Counted from the stretch's first letter, positions 1-11,069 are shown. The stretch is DNA of 64,000 nucleotides from an uncultured delta proteobacterium (GCA_963754925.1 CAVWHX010000005.1:1-64000), one strand, 5' to 3'. Translations and numbers: made by a program. The notes: generated from the sequence alone by a model not told the origin.

Positions 1-432
1 AATTCATCCAGCACGCTCAACACCTTCAACCGTCGCCCATCTGAGAGACAATCAGATAGAAAATCCATCGACCATCGCTCGTTGAGTCCTTCCGGAAGAC
101 GCAGCGGCTGCCGCGCGATGCTCCGGTATCTCTTGCGCTGGCTTCTTCCTCACGCTCAATCCCTCTTGCCGATACAGCCGATACACCCGCTTGTGATTCA
201 CCACATACCCTTCCCGCCGCAATAACACCTGCAACCGTCGATATCCGAAGCGTACCCGCTGCGCCGCAAGCTCTAAAAGACGCTCCCGCAACTGCGGATA
301 CAGTTGGCCTACCGAACGGTACCGAAAGCTCGATCGCCCGATCCTCATCAGCCCGCAGGCGCGTCGTTCGCTCACCCCAAATTCCTCGCGGGCATGCACA
401 ACGGCCTGCTTTCGCGCTGCGGGCTTCACCAT
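1..432 (-). CDS. IS3 transposase OrfB (integrase core), apparent +1 frameshift near 141, truncated by window edge
   Basis: After ...LSVRKK an extra base shifts the frame. The other frame reads QRKRYRSIARQPLRLPEGLNERWSMDFLSDCLSDGRRLKVLSVLDE. Confidence 0.85.
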
Positions 433-692
433 TTTCTTGAGTTGATATCCCTCAAGATCTGGTTGTCGAGAGTGAGATCGGCCACGGCACGCTTCAGCCT
501 TCGGTTTTCTTCCTCAAGCTGCTTCAGCCGCCGCGCCTCGCTGACGTCCATCCCGCCGTACTTGGATTTCCAACGGTAGTACGTTTGTTCGCAGAAGCCA
601 TGTGTGCGACAGAGATCAGACAGCTTCACCCCCGCTTCGGCTTCTTTCAATATCCCGATGATCTTATCCTCAGAAAACCGTTTCCCTTTCAT
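426..692 (-). CDS. IS3 transposase OrfA (HTH_Tnp_1)
   Basis: MKGKRFSEDKIIGILKEAEAG...TYYRWKSKYGGMDVSEARRLKQLEEENRRLKR, typical of IS3 OrfA. Confidence 0.93.
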   Translation of the reverse strand: MKGKRFSEDKIIGILKEAEAGVKLSDLCRTHGFCEQTYYRWKSKYGGMDVSEARRLKQLEEENRRLKRAVADLTLDNQILRDINSRKW

Positions 693-767
693 TGAGCAAG
701 CTCCTTTCCGGCATTCTAGCCGAAGGAACTCTCATTGAAAATGGTCCAGTTTTTGGGGGGCAGGTCA

Positions 768-1069
768 TTAAGATCCAGTCTAAGCTCATTGTTTTTGTTT
801 AGTTGCGCTGCATTATCAGAGAATGGTGAGCCTTTATCGATAAGATCTCGTATCGCAAGTCGAAAGAATCCTTCAATACAAGCCACCGAACCAATAGGTA
901 TGTATCGCAAGAGTTCGTTCCGCGCTCGTTCATCTGTAACGGATCGTGCTGCATCCAGCGCCTTATCAAGAGAATCTAGTCGAGTTTTCATGGCAGAATA
1001 TCTTTGTACACCTATTGTTCTTTGCTTGATGGTCTCTATTTCGTTCACAAAGTCCCTATTCTTTTTCAT
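768..1069 (-). pseudogene. 5' part of a hypothetical gene (possibly HEPN-like) interrupted by the IS3 element
   Basis: The ORF has an RBS-like GGGG and reads straight into the IS end at ...LDLN|DLPP. The helix LLRYIPIGSVACIEGFFRLAIRDLID resembles HEPN-family N-termini (from memory, unverified). Confidence 0.5.
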
Positions 1070-1278
1070 GATTACTACCCCGTTTATAATGTGATCGTGC
1101 GATGTTCTCTTTGGTTTCTATATAAGTATACGACAAATTGGGGACTAATCTAATAAAAGGAAGGAACCTTGTGTTGCGGGTTTAGCGATTGTTGTCGAAC
1201 AGAGAAAGGTGACGTGCCATGAGTTTTCAACGCCGTGCAATCGTTCTCGCCGCTGACCTCTGTTTTCCGGTTGACGCC

Positions 1279-3114
1279 TTACATCCTCGATCCGGGCCCT
1301 TTGCGTTTGTTGGCTTGAAGTTCTTGCTTGTGCATGCGGATAGATTTTGGAGTGACTTCCACCCGTTCGTCGTCGCGGATAAACTGCAGGGCCTGCTCAA
1401 GGGTGGGGGGTTGGACGGGCGTCAGAATCACGTTTTCGTCCTTGCCCGCAGCGCGTAGATTGGTGAGCTTCTTTTCGCGGCAGGGGTTGATGTTGAGATC
1501 GTTGCTGCGGTTGTGCTCGCCGACGATCATGCCCTCGTACACCACATCGTTGGGGCGGACAAACAGCCGGCCGCGGGGTTGCAGGTGAAATAATCCATAG
1601 GCAACCGCTTTGCCCGCGCGGTCCGAGACCAGGGAGCCGCTGTTGCGCGATTCGAACTCGCCCCGAAAAGGGCCGTAGCCTACCACCAACCGATGGAGCA
1701 CCCCCTGACCGCGCGTGTCGGTCAAAAATTCGTTCCGATAGCCGATCAATCCTCGGGAAGGCACCACAAACTCCAGGCGCACTCGGTCGGAAGAACCGTG
1801 TTTCATAGTCTCGAGACTGCCGCGCCGGTAGAGCAGTTTTTCGGTGACGATGCCCTGATGTTCGTCGGGGCAATCGACATAAACCCGCTCCAGCGGCTCA
1901 AGGGTTTGACCGGCCTGCCGTTTGAGGATGACCTTGGTTCTGCCCACCGATAGCTCGTAACCTTCGCGCCGCATGGTTTCGATCAGGATCGCCAACTGCA
2001 GTTCGCCGCGCCCTTTGACCTCGATGGTGTCCCGATGGGGATCGTTCTCCACCACAATGGAGACATCGCGGAGGGTTTCCTTATGGAGGCGGTCGAGGAT
2101 GCTGCGGGCCTGAACGTGGCGGCCCTCTTTTCCGACCAACGGCGACGTATTGATGCCAAAAGACATGGAAACCGTCGGCTCGTCCACCCGCAACCGCGGT
2201 AGAGGCTCCGGGGTACGGCCGTATGAATCAACTTTGCAGATCGTGTCGCCGATCAGTACGTCCTGGATGCCCGACAGCACCACGATGTCCCCGGCCTGCA
2301 CTTCGGCGGCTTCCGACAAGGCCAAACCTTCATACAGCTGCAGCGACGTGACCTTCAAGGGGCGAGCCTGGCCGTCGGCGCCGATGCAGAACATATCATC
2401 CCGCAGGCGTGAGGAGCCGGCCACCACCTTACCCACCGCCAGCCGGCCCATGAAGTCGGAATAATCCAGGTCCGAGACCAGCATGCGAAACTGGTCGTCC
2501 GGGGCAACGGCAGGCGCGGGCAAGTAATCAATCATCGCGTCCAAGATCGGTTTGAGATCTTTGCCCCGGTGCCTACGATCCGCAGAGGCGATGCCCTCCC
2601 GGCCCACCGCATAAAACAACGGAAAATCCAATTGATCTTCATCCGCGTCAAGATCGATAAAGAGGTCGTAGATCTCGTCGAGCACTGCCTCGGGCCGTGC
2701 GTCCTTGCGGTCAACCTTGTTGATGATCACCACCATGGGCAGGCGCGCGGCCAGCGCCTTTTGCAGCACAAAGCGCGTTTGGGGAAGAGGGCCCTCAGCC
2801 GCGTCCACCAACAGCAAGGCCCCATCAACCATCGATAGTGCCCGCTCCACCTCGCCGCCGAAGTCGGCATGCCCGGGGGTGTCGACGATGTTCATTTTCA
2901 CCTGACGATAGCGAATCGAGCAGTTCTTGGCCGCAATGGTAATGCCGCGCTCGCGCTCCAGATCCAAACGATCAAGAATACGTTCTTGGACGTCCTGGCC
3001 TTTACGGAACAAGCCGCATTGGGAAAACATCTGATCCAAGAGGGTGGTTTTTCCATGGTCGACATGGGCTATGATGGCAATGTTACGTAAACGGTTGCGG
3101 GAATGCTTTTTCAT
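1279..3114 (-). CDS. typA: Translational GTPase TypA/BipA
   Basis: [68 protein letters not shown]. Confidence 0.98.
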   Translation of the reverse strand: MKKHSRNRLRNIAIIAHVDHGKTTLLDQMFSQCGLFRKGQDVQERILDRLDLERERGITIAAKNCSIRYRQVKMNIVDTPGHADFGGEVERALSMVDGALLLVDAAEGPLPQTRFVLQKALAARLPMVVIINKVDRKDARPEAVLDEIYDLFIDLDADEDQLDFPLFYAVGREGIASADRRHRGKDLKPILDAMIDYLPAPAVAPDDQFRMLVSDLDYSDFMGRLAVGKVVAGSSRLRDDMFCIGADGQARPLKVTSLQLYEGLALSEAAEVQAGDIVVLSGIQDVLIGDTICKVDSYGRTPEPLPRLRVDEPTVSMSFGINTSPLVGKEGRHVQARSILDRLHKETLRDVSIVVENDPHRDTIEVKGRGELQLAILIETMRREGYELSVGRTKVILKRQAGQTLEPLERVYVDCPDEHQGIVTEKLLYRRGSLETMKHGSSDRVRLEFVVPSRGLIGYRNEFLTDTRGQGVLHRLVVGYGPFRGEFESRNSGSLVSDRAGKAVAYGLFHLQPRGRLFVRPNDVVYEGMIVGEHNRSNDLNINPCREKKLTNLRAAGKDENVILTPVQPPTLEQALQFIRDDERVEVTPKSIRMHKQELQANKRKGPGSRM

Positions 3115-3292
3115 GGCGGGTTTTCTACTCCCTTTACACTCGAATGTCTATGTATTGTCGCTGGGTGTGTACGAAGCGGAGTACCGAAAACCCGAACTTA
3201 CTCCCTATGATCTATCGTGTTTTTTTCCCATACCTCTTTCAAGTCTCGCTTCTTGGGGTCTGGTGTGTTGTGGTTTGGGTGCCTTGCTCCGG

Positions 3293-4360
3293 TCACGGCA
3301 CGGACACCAGCCTAACCTTATACGTGAAGTCATCGTATATGTCGAACAGTGTGAGGCCGAAATAATATTTCTGTCCGCTTACGAGAGGCTGCAGGGCTGT
3401 GCCATCCTCGTTAAAGGTGGTCGAGGTCTGGGTCAATGGATAGGATGGGCTGGCCCAGATAAGGGTGTTGTTTAACAGTCTAGCTTCAACCGTATAACTT
3501 ACCGCGTTGGGAACTTGGTCGCTGACATCGGTCCAGATAATGTAAGCGACGCCTTGGTCGAACATCACCATGATGCTCAAGGTTACACCAATAACGGACT
3601 TAACGGAATCATTCAGCGTCTGCTGGGAGCTGTCGCCATAGGTGATGCTAAAGGTGTACGGGTCACCGACGTTGGGAAGCAGGGAAGGATCGGAACGGGA
3701 TACCGTGCCTGACGACATGCTCTCCGATCCAATGTCAGGTTGAAGGGTTTGGGCTGAGATGTTCGTTCCGGTGACTTCTGCCGCCGCGAGCACCGCGCAT
3801 GAGGAAGTGACATAAAATCCGAAGAAGTACTGATTAGCGGGCGGATTGTCGGGCACATAGCCCACTTGGACCATTGGCTTTGCTCGCCACTGGTTGCCGA
3901 AGACCAGCCACTGATCGTTTGATTTGATGAGGTAGCCAAGCCCGAGGGAGTTGTCTGTGGTATCCGGCTCGGTCCAGGTTATGACCGGCCCCCCGGTTGT
4001 GCTGGTAATGGTCAGGGCAGCGGAAACGGCCGCCTGAGTTTCATTCGTCGCGACGGAGGTGACGTCGTAGGTAAACGTTCCAACCGTTGGCAAGAGTTCG
4101 TTGAGTCTGGTGCGGAGTTGAGAAACGTCCATGCAATTGTGCAAGTAATCGGGGGCAACCAGTGCCATGAAACCGTCTACATCGTGCGCCTCGGCTTTGG
4201 ACTTGATGGCGGCGTAGAAATTGCAGAGGCTCTGGTCTTCGCTCGTACACTGGCTCCTGGCGCCGCCGTTGTTCCCGCAGCCTGAAACACATTCGGTCAA
4301 GAAAACAAAGGATAAAACACCGAACGCCATAATGGCCGCAAAAGATGAACCCGTTCTCAA
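3293..4360 (-). CDS. Putative lipoprotein with N-terminal NTF2/SnoaL-like domain and beta-rich C-terminus
   Basis: Hydrophobic signal peptide with VSGC lipobox; AHDVDGFMALVAPDYLHN is an NTF2-like segment. Confidence 0.65.
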   Translation of the reverse strand: MRTGSSFAAIMAFGVLSFVFLTECVSGCGNNGGARSQCTSEDQSLCNFYAAIKSKAEAHDVDGFMALVAPDYLHNCMDVSQLRTRLNELLPTVGTFTYDVTSVATNETQAAVSAALTITSTTGGPVITWTEPDTTDNSLGLGYLIKSNDQWLVFGNQWRAKPMVQVGYVPDNPPANQYFFGFYVTSSCAVLAAAEVTGTNISAQTLQPDIGSESMSSGTVSRSDPSLLPNVGDPYTFSITYGDSSQQTLNDSVKSVIGVTLSIMVMFDQGVAYIIWTDVSDQVPNAVSYTVEARLLNNTLIWASPSYPLTQTSTTFNEDGTALQPLVSGQKYYFGLTLFDIYDDFTYKVRLVSVP

Positions 4361-4617
4361 TGTCTTCCCTCCTTCTTAAAAGGATGGAAAAGAGGATAGG
4401 GGAAAAAAACCTCGTACCATCGTGATTCTTATACCAGAACATACTGATATTGCAAACAGTTATACCATCAGACGCGTGGAGTTATCTCATCAATATCCCC
4501 CCCATACCTGACGGCATGAGGTTTTTGTTTGATATAGCGGGGGCTGGATTTGAATACACTATCCGAACGGGTATCAAGTATGCTAGTACTCGTGGATTCT
4601 TGATCCAGGAGGTTAAG

Positions 4618-6075
4618 ATGAAGGAAATCCACCTCACGCATTGCACCCTTATCGATGTCAGAACCGGTCACACCATCGAGGAAGCCGTCATCCGATGTAA
4701 GGGAGGGCGCATCCTTGCGGCCGGGAATGATGCGGGGCCGATACCCAAGGGCGCAGCGGTGTTCGATCTCAAAGGCAAGTACGTAATCCCCGGCCTAATC
4801 AATGCCCACTGCCACATGACTCTTCCGTCGGGGTCATACATCAGACCCAATGAGTTCTTTAGCATGTTCAAACAATTGAAGCTGCAGTTCACCCAGACGA
4901 TTGCATCCGGCGTCACTACCGTGCGTGATATGGGGGCCTTTCCACGCCTCCTCCACCACTACCTAAAGCGGGTCAAACGAGGTTCCTTAACCGGGCCGCG
5001 GGTGGTCTTCTGCAACGCCTTCATCAACGTCAAAGGCGGTTATGTCGATCTGAACTGGGGCGACGCACATCCCCTGGAAAAATTCATGATCAAGCTCTTC
5101 GGCCCCATAACCACCAATGTCGATAACCCAGCCGAGCTCAGGAAAAAGCTTCGCCGCAACAGCCGCAAGGCCCATTTCATCAAGCTCTCGAGCCTGGATA
5201 ATAAGTCCCTGATCGCTGGCAAACGCGATCTGGACCTCAGGGTCTACAGCGAAGCGGATCTGGCTTACATATTCGACTTCGCCCAGAAAAAGGCCCTGCC
5301 CGTCGCCGCGCATACGATGAGCGCCTCCGGTTTCACGCGGGCGTTGAAATATCCGTTCCATTCTTTGGAGCACATCGTCGCCGATGCGGTCCTTGCAGAC
5401 GATCACATCCAAACCATCGCGGACAAGCGAATCGCCATCATTCCCACCATGGTGATCGGGAATATCTATGCCATGGCTGAGGCCTTCGAGACCTTGCCCG
5501 ATGCGTACCGGACCGACTTCATCGAAAACGAGATCAAGATCCGGCGGGCCTATTGGGATGGCATCAGCGCGCGCGACGCCGACCCCTCGATCCACAGGAC
5601 CAATGTCAGGGCCCTGGGGTGGTTCAAGCGCGAAAATTATGACTGGAAGGCAATGCTTAGGAAGGGGAAGTTCACGGTGGACCCCACCCCCTTCTTTGGT
5701 ATGCTGACCAACGGCAGGGAGAATCTCAAGAAGATGAAGGCGGCCGGGGTCATCATCGGATGCGGCACAGACTCGGGCGTGCCCATGAATTATCACGGCA
5801 CCCTGTACCGCGAGATGGAGTTCCTCGCCCGCCTGGGATTCAGCAACCTGGAAGTCCTCCAAGCCGCCACCCTGGTCAACGCCAAGATCCTCTGCCTGGA
5901 GGATCAGATCGGTGCCCTCGAACCCGGGAAAGCGGCCGATATCGTGGTCTTGAATACCAACCCGCTCACCGATATCACGGCCTACCGTCGACCGTTGATG
6001 GTTTTCAAAGACGGCCGGATCCAGGCACAGGGCGATGCCGCCGCGCCTACAAAGCCGCATCATGCTCTAAACTAA
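4618..6075 (+). CDS. Metal-dependent amidohydrolase
   Basis: AGGAGG RBS before ATG 4618; PGLINAHCH, SGVTTVRDMG, SLEH, GTDSG, GALEPGKAADIVVL. Confidence 0.93.
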   Translation: MKEIHLTHCTLIDVRTGHTIEEAVIRCKGGRILAAGNDAGPIPKGAAVFDLKGKYVIPGLINAHCHMTLPSGSYIRPNEFFSMFKQLKLQFTQTIASGVTTVRDMGAFPRLLHHYLKRVKRGSLTGPRVVFCNAFINVKGGYVDLNWGDAHPLEKFMIKLFGPITTNVDNPAELRKKLRRNSRKAHFIKLSSLDNKSLIAGKRDLDLRVYSEADLAYIFDFAQKKALPVAAHTMSASGFTRALKYPFHSLEHIVADAVLADDHIQTIADKRIAIIPTMVIGNIYAMAEAFETLPDAYRTDFIENEIKIRRAYWDGISARDADPSIHRTNVRALGWFKRENYDWKAMLRKGKFTVDPTPFFGMLTNGRENLKKMKAAGVIIGCGTDSGVPMNYHGTLYREMEFLARLGFSNLEVLQAATLVNAKILCLEDQIGALEPGKAADIVVLNTNPLTDITAYRRPLMVFKDGRIQAQGDAAAPTKPHHALN

Positions 6076-6142
6076 GTTGGGTGAAGGACCTGCATCAGAT
6101 CGTCCGACCATCGACGGACAATAATGGTAAAAAATAAAAATT

Positions 6143-8197
6143 TTAGTTATAGGTCGGTAGAAACGAATAGTGCTGTGAGTATTTCAACATTTGTTCAGTA
6201 AAATCCATTGGATAAATAATTTTCACATCGATTATTTCACCGTTTTTTTCAACCGGCACGTATTCAGGATTGATAAAACCGCTATACGGGGCAAGATTCA
6301 ACTTCTCGTAACGTTCAAGCACTTCCTTGTGTAGGGCGGAGTCAACCGTTACTCCATATCTTTCAACCAATGCCTTACCGGCCTCGTAATCGCCTTCGGA
6401 TTTAATCCGTTGCACCTCCTTGAGCAATTCGCCAAACAACTTACGCAACTTCCCAAAATCGTTAATTACAAAATAGGTCTTTCCACCTTTTTCTTTCTTT
6501 TCAATAACATTATCAGCTTTCCCTTGTTCGTAACACCATGTAGCTATCAACTGGCGATCGCGCATATGGGCTTCTTCAATGTCCTTACCTGGTTTAATAC
6601 GCACCAGTTGTGTCATGAGTCCATTACGAATCTGTGTAATGTACGATGTCTTAGCCGCCTCGGCGGTCGGCAAAAGTCCAAGCTCCACCAATTTCGGATC
6701 CATAATATAGTAGAGCGCAAACAAATCGGCACGCGCTTCTTCCAGTGTGGATTGATAATTTTTTAATGCGTCTGATTTAACGCCTGGTAACAATTGTCCG
6801 GAGGCATGCCCCACACATTCGTGTAAATCAGTATGCAGGCTGTCGGCAATGTAATCATAGTTATTGATCAGGTCAATTTCCTCCCGGCTGTAAGCAAATT
6901 CTTCGTTAAAACCATCGCCTTTGGCTGCCTGTTTATAAGCATAGGTGATGTTATCAATAGTCACTGACTTAGAACCATGCTCTTTGCGGATCCAATCGGC
7001 ATTGGGCAGGTTAATACCAATCGGTGTAGCCGGGTAACAATCGCCGCCAAGCTGTGCGACCGTGATAACTCTGGCAGATACACCCTTAACTTCATGTTTT
7101 TTAAATCGACTTTCAACTGGTGAATGATCCTCGAACCACTGAGCATTGGCGCTGATTACTTCTGCACGGTGAGTAGCTTGTACGTTTTTGAAGTCCACTA
7201 TCGATTCCCACGTTGCTTTCAGTCCCAACGGATCTTCATAGGTTTCAATAAACCCATTTATAAAATCGACCGATGAGTTCAAATCATTCAGCCATGCTAC
7301 ATTGTATTCGTCCCATTTTTTTAAACTGCCGGTCTTATAATAGCCGATAAGGGAGTTTATCACGTTCTTTTGTGTATCATTCTCAGTAACGCTTTCTGCC
7401 TTTTCAAGCCATCTAATAATCTCAGCAATGGCCAAGCCATACAGGCCATCTTGTTTGTAAGCTTCTTCAATAATTGTCCCGTTTTTCTTTGCCAATCTTG
7501 AATTCAACCCATACGATAGTGGCCTGGGATCATCAGTTGTACTCATTTTATGGTAGAAAGCCTCGGCTTCTTTTTGGGTAACACCTTCGTAAAAGTTAAC
7601 CGCTGAGTTCAAAACCAAATCCTTACCCGGATCCAGGGTTACCTTTTTCGCAAGTATGGTTTTATCGAACATTACGGGAGTAATTTTTTTGAGAAATTGA
7701 TCTTGTGTTTCGCCTTTTGCAAGGGGCAACTTCGATTGATCAGACTGAGTAATTAATCGTTTAAAATAATCCTGCGAAAAATCTGGAATGAGCTTATCTG
7801 AAGCATAATGATGATAAATACCATTGGAAAACCATACCCGTTTTGTATAGACCATAAACTTTTTAAAATCATCGGTGTTCCGATCGCCTTTGTAGGTTTC
7901 AACTACGTTTTCGAGGGTACGGCGAATGGCGAGGTTGTACTTGCCATTCTGGTCGAAAATAATATCGCGGCCTGCAATTGCAGCCTGGCTCAAATAATAA
8001 ATTAGTTTTTTCTGGTTTAACGTTAACGTATCGAAACCAGGAACCTGATAGCGGAGAATCTTCAGGTCGGCAAACTTTTCAACAAAATACTTAAAGGTAT
8101 CTCTTTGTTCGTTAGTTGATGCATCGTTGTGAGAATTTGTACAAGAAAATATAACCATACTGCTCATAAGGAGTAAAAAGATAGTTAATGTTTGCAT
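6143..8197 (-). CDS. Dipeptidyl-peptidase III (peptidase M49), lipoprotein
   Basis: HECVGH hexapeptide zinc motif, EEARADL, GFIETYEDPLG, PIGINLPNADWIR; IFSC lipobox. Confidence 0.93.
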   Translation of the reverse strand: MQTLTIFLLLMSSMVIFSCTNSHNDASTNEQRDTFKYFVEKFADLKILRYQVPGFDTLTLNQKKLIYYLSQAAIAGRDIIFDQNGKYNLAIRRTLENVVETYKGDRNTDDFKKFMVYTKRVWFSNGIYHHYASDKLIPDFSQDYFKRLITQSDQSKLPLAKGETQDQFLKKITPVMFDKTILAKKVTLDPGKDLVLNSAVNFYEGVTQKEAEAFYHKMSTTDDPRPLSYGLNSRLAKKNGTIIEEAYKQDGLYGLAIAEIIRWLEKAESVTENDTQKNVINSLIGYYKTGSLKKWDEYNVAWLNDLNSSVDFINGFIETYEDPLGLKATWESIVDFKNVQATHRAEVISANAQWFEDHSPVESRFKKHEVKGVSARVITVAQLGGDCYPATPIGINLPNADWIRKEHGSKSVTIDNITYAYKQAAKGDGFNEEFAYSREEIDLINNYDYIADSLHTDLHECVGHASGQLLPGVKSDALKNYQSTLEEARADLFALYYIMDPKLVELGLLPTAEAAKTSYITQIRNGLMTQLVRIKPGKDIEEAHMRDRQLIATWCYEQGKADNVIEKKEKGGKTYFVINDFGKLRKLFGELLKEVQRIKSEGDYEAGKALVERYGVTVDSALHKEVLERYEKLNLAPYSGFINPEYVPVEKNGEIIDVKIIYPMDFTEQMLKYSQHYSFLPTYN

Positions 8198-8364
8198 TTT
8201 ATTAAAAATTATATAAACAAAGATGATAGAGACAAAGATTATTACCATTTACGTTTAGGAAATCTAAAAGCATTTTCTCCCTTCACCGTCTTGATTTCCA
8301 ACAGCGTCTTCTAAAATCTGGTTTAAAGTTAACTCTCAAAGCATTGCTAAGTCAATAATTGTAA
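8055..8364. repeat. ~310-bp segment (DPP3 5' end plus upstream region), copy 1
   Basis: Directly repeated at 9862-10047 + 14398-14520, where the copy is split by the IS1595 element. Confidence 0.95.
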
Positions 8365-8366
8365 AA

Positions 8367-8456
8367 AGCCACTCAACCATTGTCCAGGATGCTGGTGAGA
8401 TCGCTCGCGCTGTCGCCGCACAGCTTGGACACGCCAATGAACAGTTGACATTGGAC
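8367..8456 (+). pseudogene. 30-codon relic of a tyrosine integrase C-terminal catalytic region
   Basis: Translates SHSTIVQDAGEIARAVAAQLGHANEQLTLD, matching the box II pattern H-S-H-A-T...G...V...LGH...T-L-D-x-Y. Confidence 0.6.
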
Positions 8457-8481
8457 TGCGGAATAAGGCTAATACAATTCC

Positions 8482-9711
8482 TTACGGAAGGACAATCATA
8501 TTGGTTGCCAGATTGTGAGAGTCGGCATCGGCGTTAGTACCAAGGAAATTGACATCGAAAACAACCATCAACCTGCCGGCGGCGGCGTCGGGTAACGTGC
8601 CTCGTGCATAGTATAATCCAGCGCCAACGTTGGACGCGTCTTTCGTCATAAATGCACCCGTGCCTGGATCCGTCGTACCATCTGAGGCCTGTATAGTAAT
8701 GCTGGTGACCGTATTAGGACCGGTAAATGGCGATTGAACCGTCTGCGCGTTGTTTGGAGTTGATAGTGTAATGCTTCCGCCACCCAGTTCGCTGATAAAG
8801 GCGACAATGGAATTGTTGCGGGTCACGAAGCCTGAGTTTTCGCCAATCAAGACAAGTGTGCGGCCCTCGGCAAGATAGTTTTTGTAGCTCAGCATATCTT
8901 CATACGTCAGTGGGATCTGATTAAACCGGGTATCCCAGATTTGCGCGTAGCCGCTCAAGTCGCCGGTGGGAACGCCGTTGCTCGTGTCAACAGTTAAACC
9001 GGCTGTCGTCATTAGGTTGGCGATATTTGTATTATCAGTATCGACTACTGAGGTCGCTTCCTCTACGAGCAGAGCCGTGGTGGAGGCGGTAACTACAGCC
9101 AGAGAAAAGCTCTGCGTTGCAACGGGGAGGATTCCATTGCTGACGGTGACGATCAGCGAATAAGCGCCGTGGGTTCCGGCTGCTGCTGTGCCGCTCAGGA
9201 CGCCAGTTGAAGCATCCAGCGTTACGCCTGATGGTAACGATCCGGTTAAGGCAAGTGTGGGGGCTGGTGTGCCGGTTACCGTAAACGTGAAAGTTCCGGC
9301 TGCCCCTTCGGTAAATACCGCGTTGTTGGCGCTTGTGATGGTTGGATGGATAACTACAGTTAGGGTAAAGCTTTGAGTGGCATTGGGTTGGACTTCATTG
9401 CTGGCGGTGATGGTCAATGGATAAGTGCCGTTGGTTCCGGCTGCCGGTGTGCCGCTCAGGACGCCGGTCGAAGCATCAAGCGTTACGCCTGATGGTAACG
9501 ATCCGGTCAGGGCAAACGTGGGGGCTGGAGTGCCGGTTGCTGTGACGGTGAAAGTTCCGGCTGCCCCTTCGGTAAATTCCGTATTGTTGGCGCTTGTGAT
9601 GGCCGGAGCAATCTCCGAACTACCGCTTGAGGAACAAGCGACAATTTTTGCAAAAGCAATTACAATTAGTAGACATCTGAGAAAACAATTTATCATTCCA
9701 TTTTTTTTCAT
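8482..9711 (-). CDS. Secreted lipoprotein with two putative Ig (He_PIG-like) repeats
   Basis: IVAC lipobox; two near-identical ITSANN...TGSLPSGVTLDASTGVLSGT..AGT.G.Y.L repeats. Confidence 0.85.
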   Translation of the reverse strand: MKKNGMINCFLRCLLIVIAFAKIVACSSSGSSEIAPAITSANNTEFTEGAAGTFTVTATGTPAPTFALTGSLPSGVTLDASTGVLSGTPAAGTNGTYPLTITASNEVQPNATQSFTLTVVIHPTITSANNAVFTEGAAGTFTFTVTGTPAPTLALTGSLPSGVTLDASTGVLSGTAAAGTHGAYSLIVTVSNGILPVATQSFSLAVVTASTTALLVEEATSVVDTDNTNIANLMTTAGLTVDTSNGVPTGDLSGYAQIWDTRFNQIPLTYEDMLSYKNYLAEGRTLVLIGENSGFVTRNNSIVAFISELGGGSITLSTPNNAQTVQSPFTGPNTVTSITIQASDGTTDPGTGAFMTKDASNVGAGLYYARGTLPDAAAGRLMVVFDVNFLGTNADADSHNLATNMIVLP

Positions 9712-9861
9712 AAAATCCCCTCCTTTAAAGTTTTTTGCGACAGAAACATGTCTTTTTCTATGTATAGCATAAAGTAATATAAAGTGCGAAGGATAGGAAT
9801 TTCAAAACCCGTTTTTCCCCTATGAGCACCTTCACATGACCACGTCTCTTGCTCCTATCAC

Positions 9862-10047
9862 AGAATCTTCAGGTCAGCAAATTTTCAACAAAATACTTAA
9901 AGGTATCTCTTTGTTCGTTAGTTGATGCATCGTTGTGAGAATTTGTACAATGAAATACAACCATACTGCTCATAAGGAGTAAAAAGATAGTTAATGTTTG
10001 CATTTTATTAAAAATTATATACACAAAGATGATAGAGACAAAGATTA
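9862..10047 (-). pseudogene. Truncated duplicate of the DPP3 5' end (repeat copy 2, left part)
   Basis: Near-identical to 8055-8241; encodes MQTLTIFLLLMSSMVVFHCTNSHNDASTNEQRDTFKYFVE. Confidence 0.92.
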
Positions 10048-10060
10048 GGCAATTATGCAC

Positions 10061-10089
10061 TTGACAAATGCGTTCCCATGTGCTACTAT
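10061..10089 (+). promoter_or_regulatory. sigma70-type promoter of the IS1595 transposase, with the -35 box inside the left TIR
   Basis: TTGACA-17 bp-TACTAT. Confidence 0.7.
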
Positions 10090-10112
10090 TAATATAGAAA
10101 GTGAGGAAGCAC

Positions 10113-11053
10113 ATGGAAACTCTGGATAATTTGACTTTGGTTGAGATAGCTCAAAGGTTCTCCACCGAGGAACAAGCCAGAACCTACTTGGAGAGCATTC
10201 GCTGGCCGGAAGGCCCCACCTGTCCGCATTGCGGAAACGCAAACAAGGATCGGATATGGGTCATCAAACCAAGTATAGCATCTAAGATTCGGCCTGGCCT
10301 TTATGATTGCGCGGAGTGTCATAGACAGTTTACGGTAACGGTTGGAACCATTTTTGAAGATTCCCATGTGCCTTTGAATAAGTGGTTGATCGCTTGGTAT
10401 CTGCTGTGCTCTTCCAAGAAAGGGTTCTCTGCCTGCCAGCTTAAAGGAATTTAAACTTGGGTTCCTATCGGACGGCTTGGTTTATGATGCACCGTATTCG
10501 TTACGCTCTAAGCAATGCTACTTTTGAAACCAAGCTTGGTGGAACGGTAGAAGCTGATGAAACTTGGGTTGGTGGCACTGTCAGAGGCAAGGGACAGGCA
10601 TATAAAGGTAACAAAACTCCGGTAGTGGCATTGGTAGAGCGCAAGGGCAAGGTGCGATCCCAGGTAGTCGAGCAGGTTACCGGAAACAACATTGACAAGA
10701 TCCTGAGAAAGAATGTAAGTAAGAAAGCCACGCTCATGACCGACGAGTTTAGAGGATACAGGAAACCAGGGAAGCGTTTTGCGAAGCATGAGAGCGTAAA
10801 CCATTCAGCCGGTGAATATGTCAGAGGGAATGCCCATACCAACACCGTTGAAGGATATTTTAGTATTTTGAAACGTGGGATTATCGGCGTTTATCACCAT
10901 GTGGGAAGGCAGCACCTTAATAAATATCTCAGTGAGTTTGATTTCCGATATAATACGCGAACATTAACTGATGGGGATCGGACAATAAGTGGTATCAAGA
11001 AGGTCGAGGGTAAGCGGTTGGTATTAAAGCCCTGTAGAAGTAACGTGGTATAG
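10113..11053 (+). CDS. IS1595-family (ISXO2-like) DDE transposase, -1 frameshift near 10444
   Basis: Zn ribbon RWPEGPTCPHC...CAECHRQFTVTVGTIFEDS, SYRTAWFMMHRIR, VEADETW, MTDE, VNHS..EY, HTNTVEG, YLSEFDFRYN. Adding one A at CTTAAAGG joins the two ORFs. Confidence 0.93.
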
Positions 11054-11069
11054 AAATGAACTGATCAAA

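Larger units (their letters stand above)
1..767 (-). mobile_element. IS3-family insertion sequence (IS407-like group), left part; runs off the window start
   Basis: On the minus strand the end begins TGACCTGCCCCCC at 767. It is followed by orfA (HTH) and orfB with FGYRRL, NHKRVYRLY and WSMDF motifs. Confidence 0.92.

Noticed and set aside
4987..6063. Long antisense ORFs (also 35318-36379, 39543-40517, 58391-59614, 47986-48780)
   Set aside because: Shadow frames of GC-rich genes that have clear family motifs on the opposite strand.
10440..10460. Programmed ribosomal frameshift in the IS1595 transposase
   Set aside because: IS1595 transposases are normally single ORFs and there is no canonical slippery heptamer. 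An indel is more likely.
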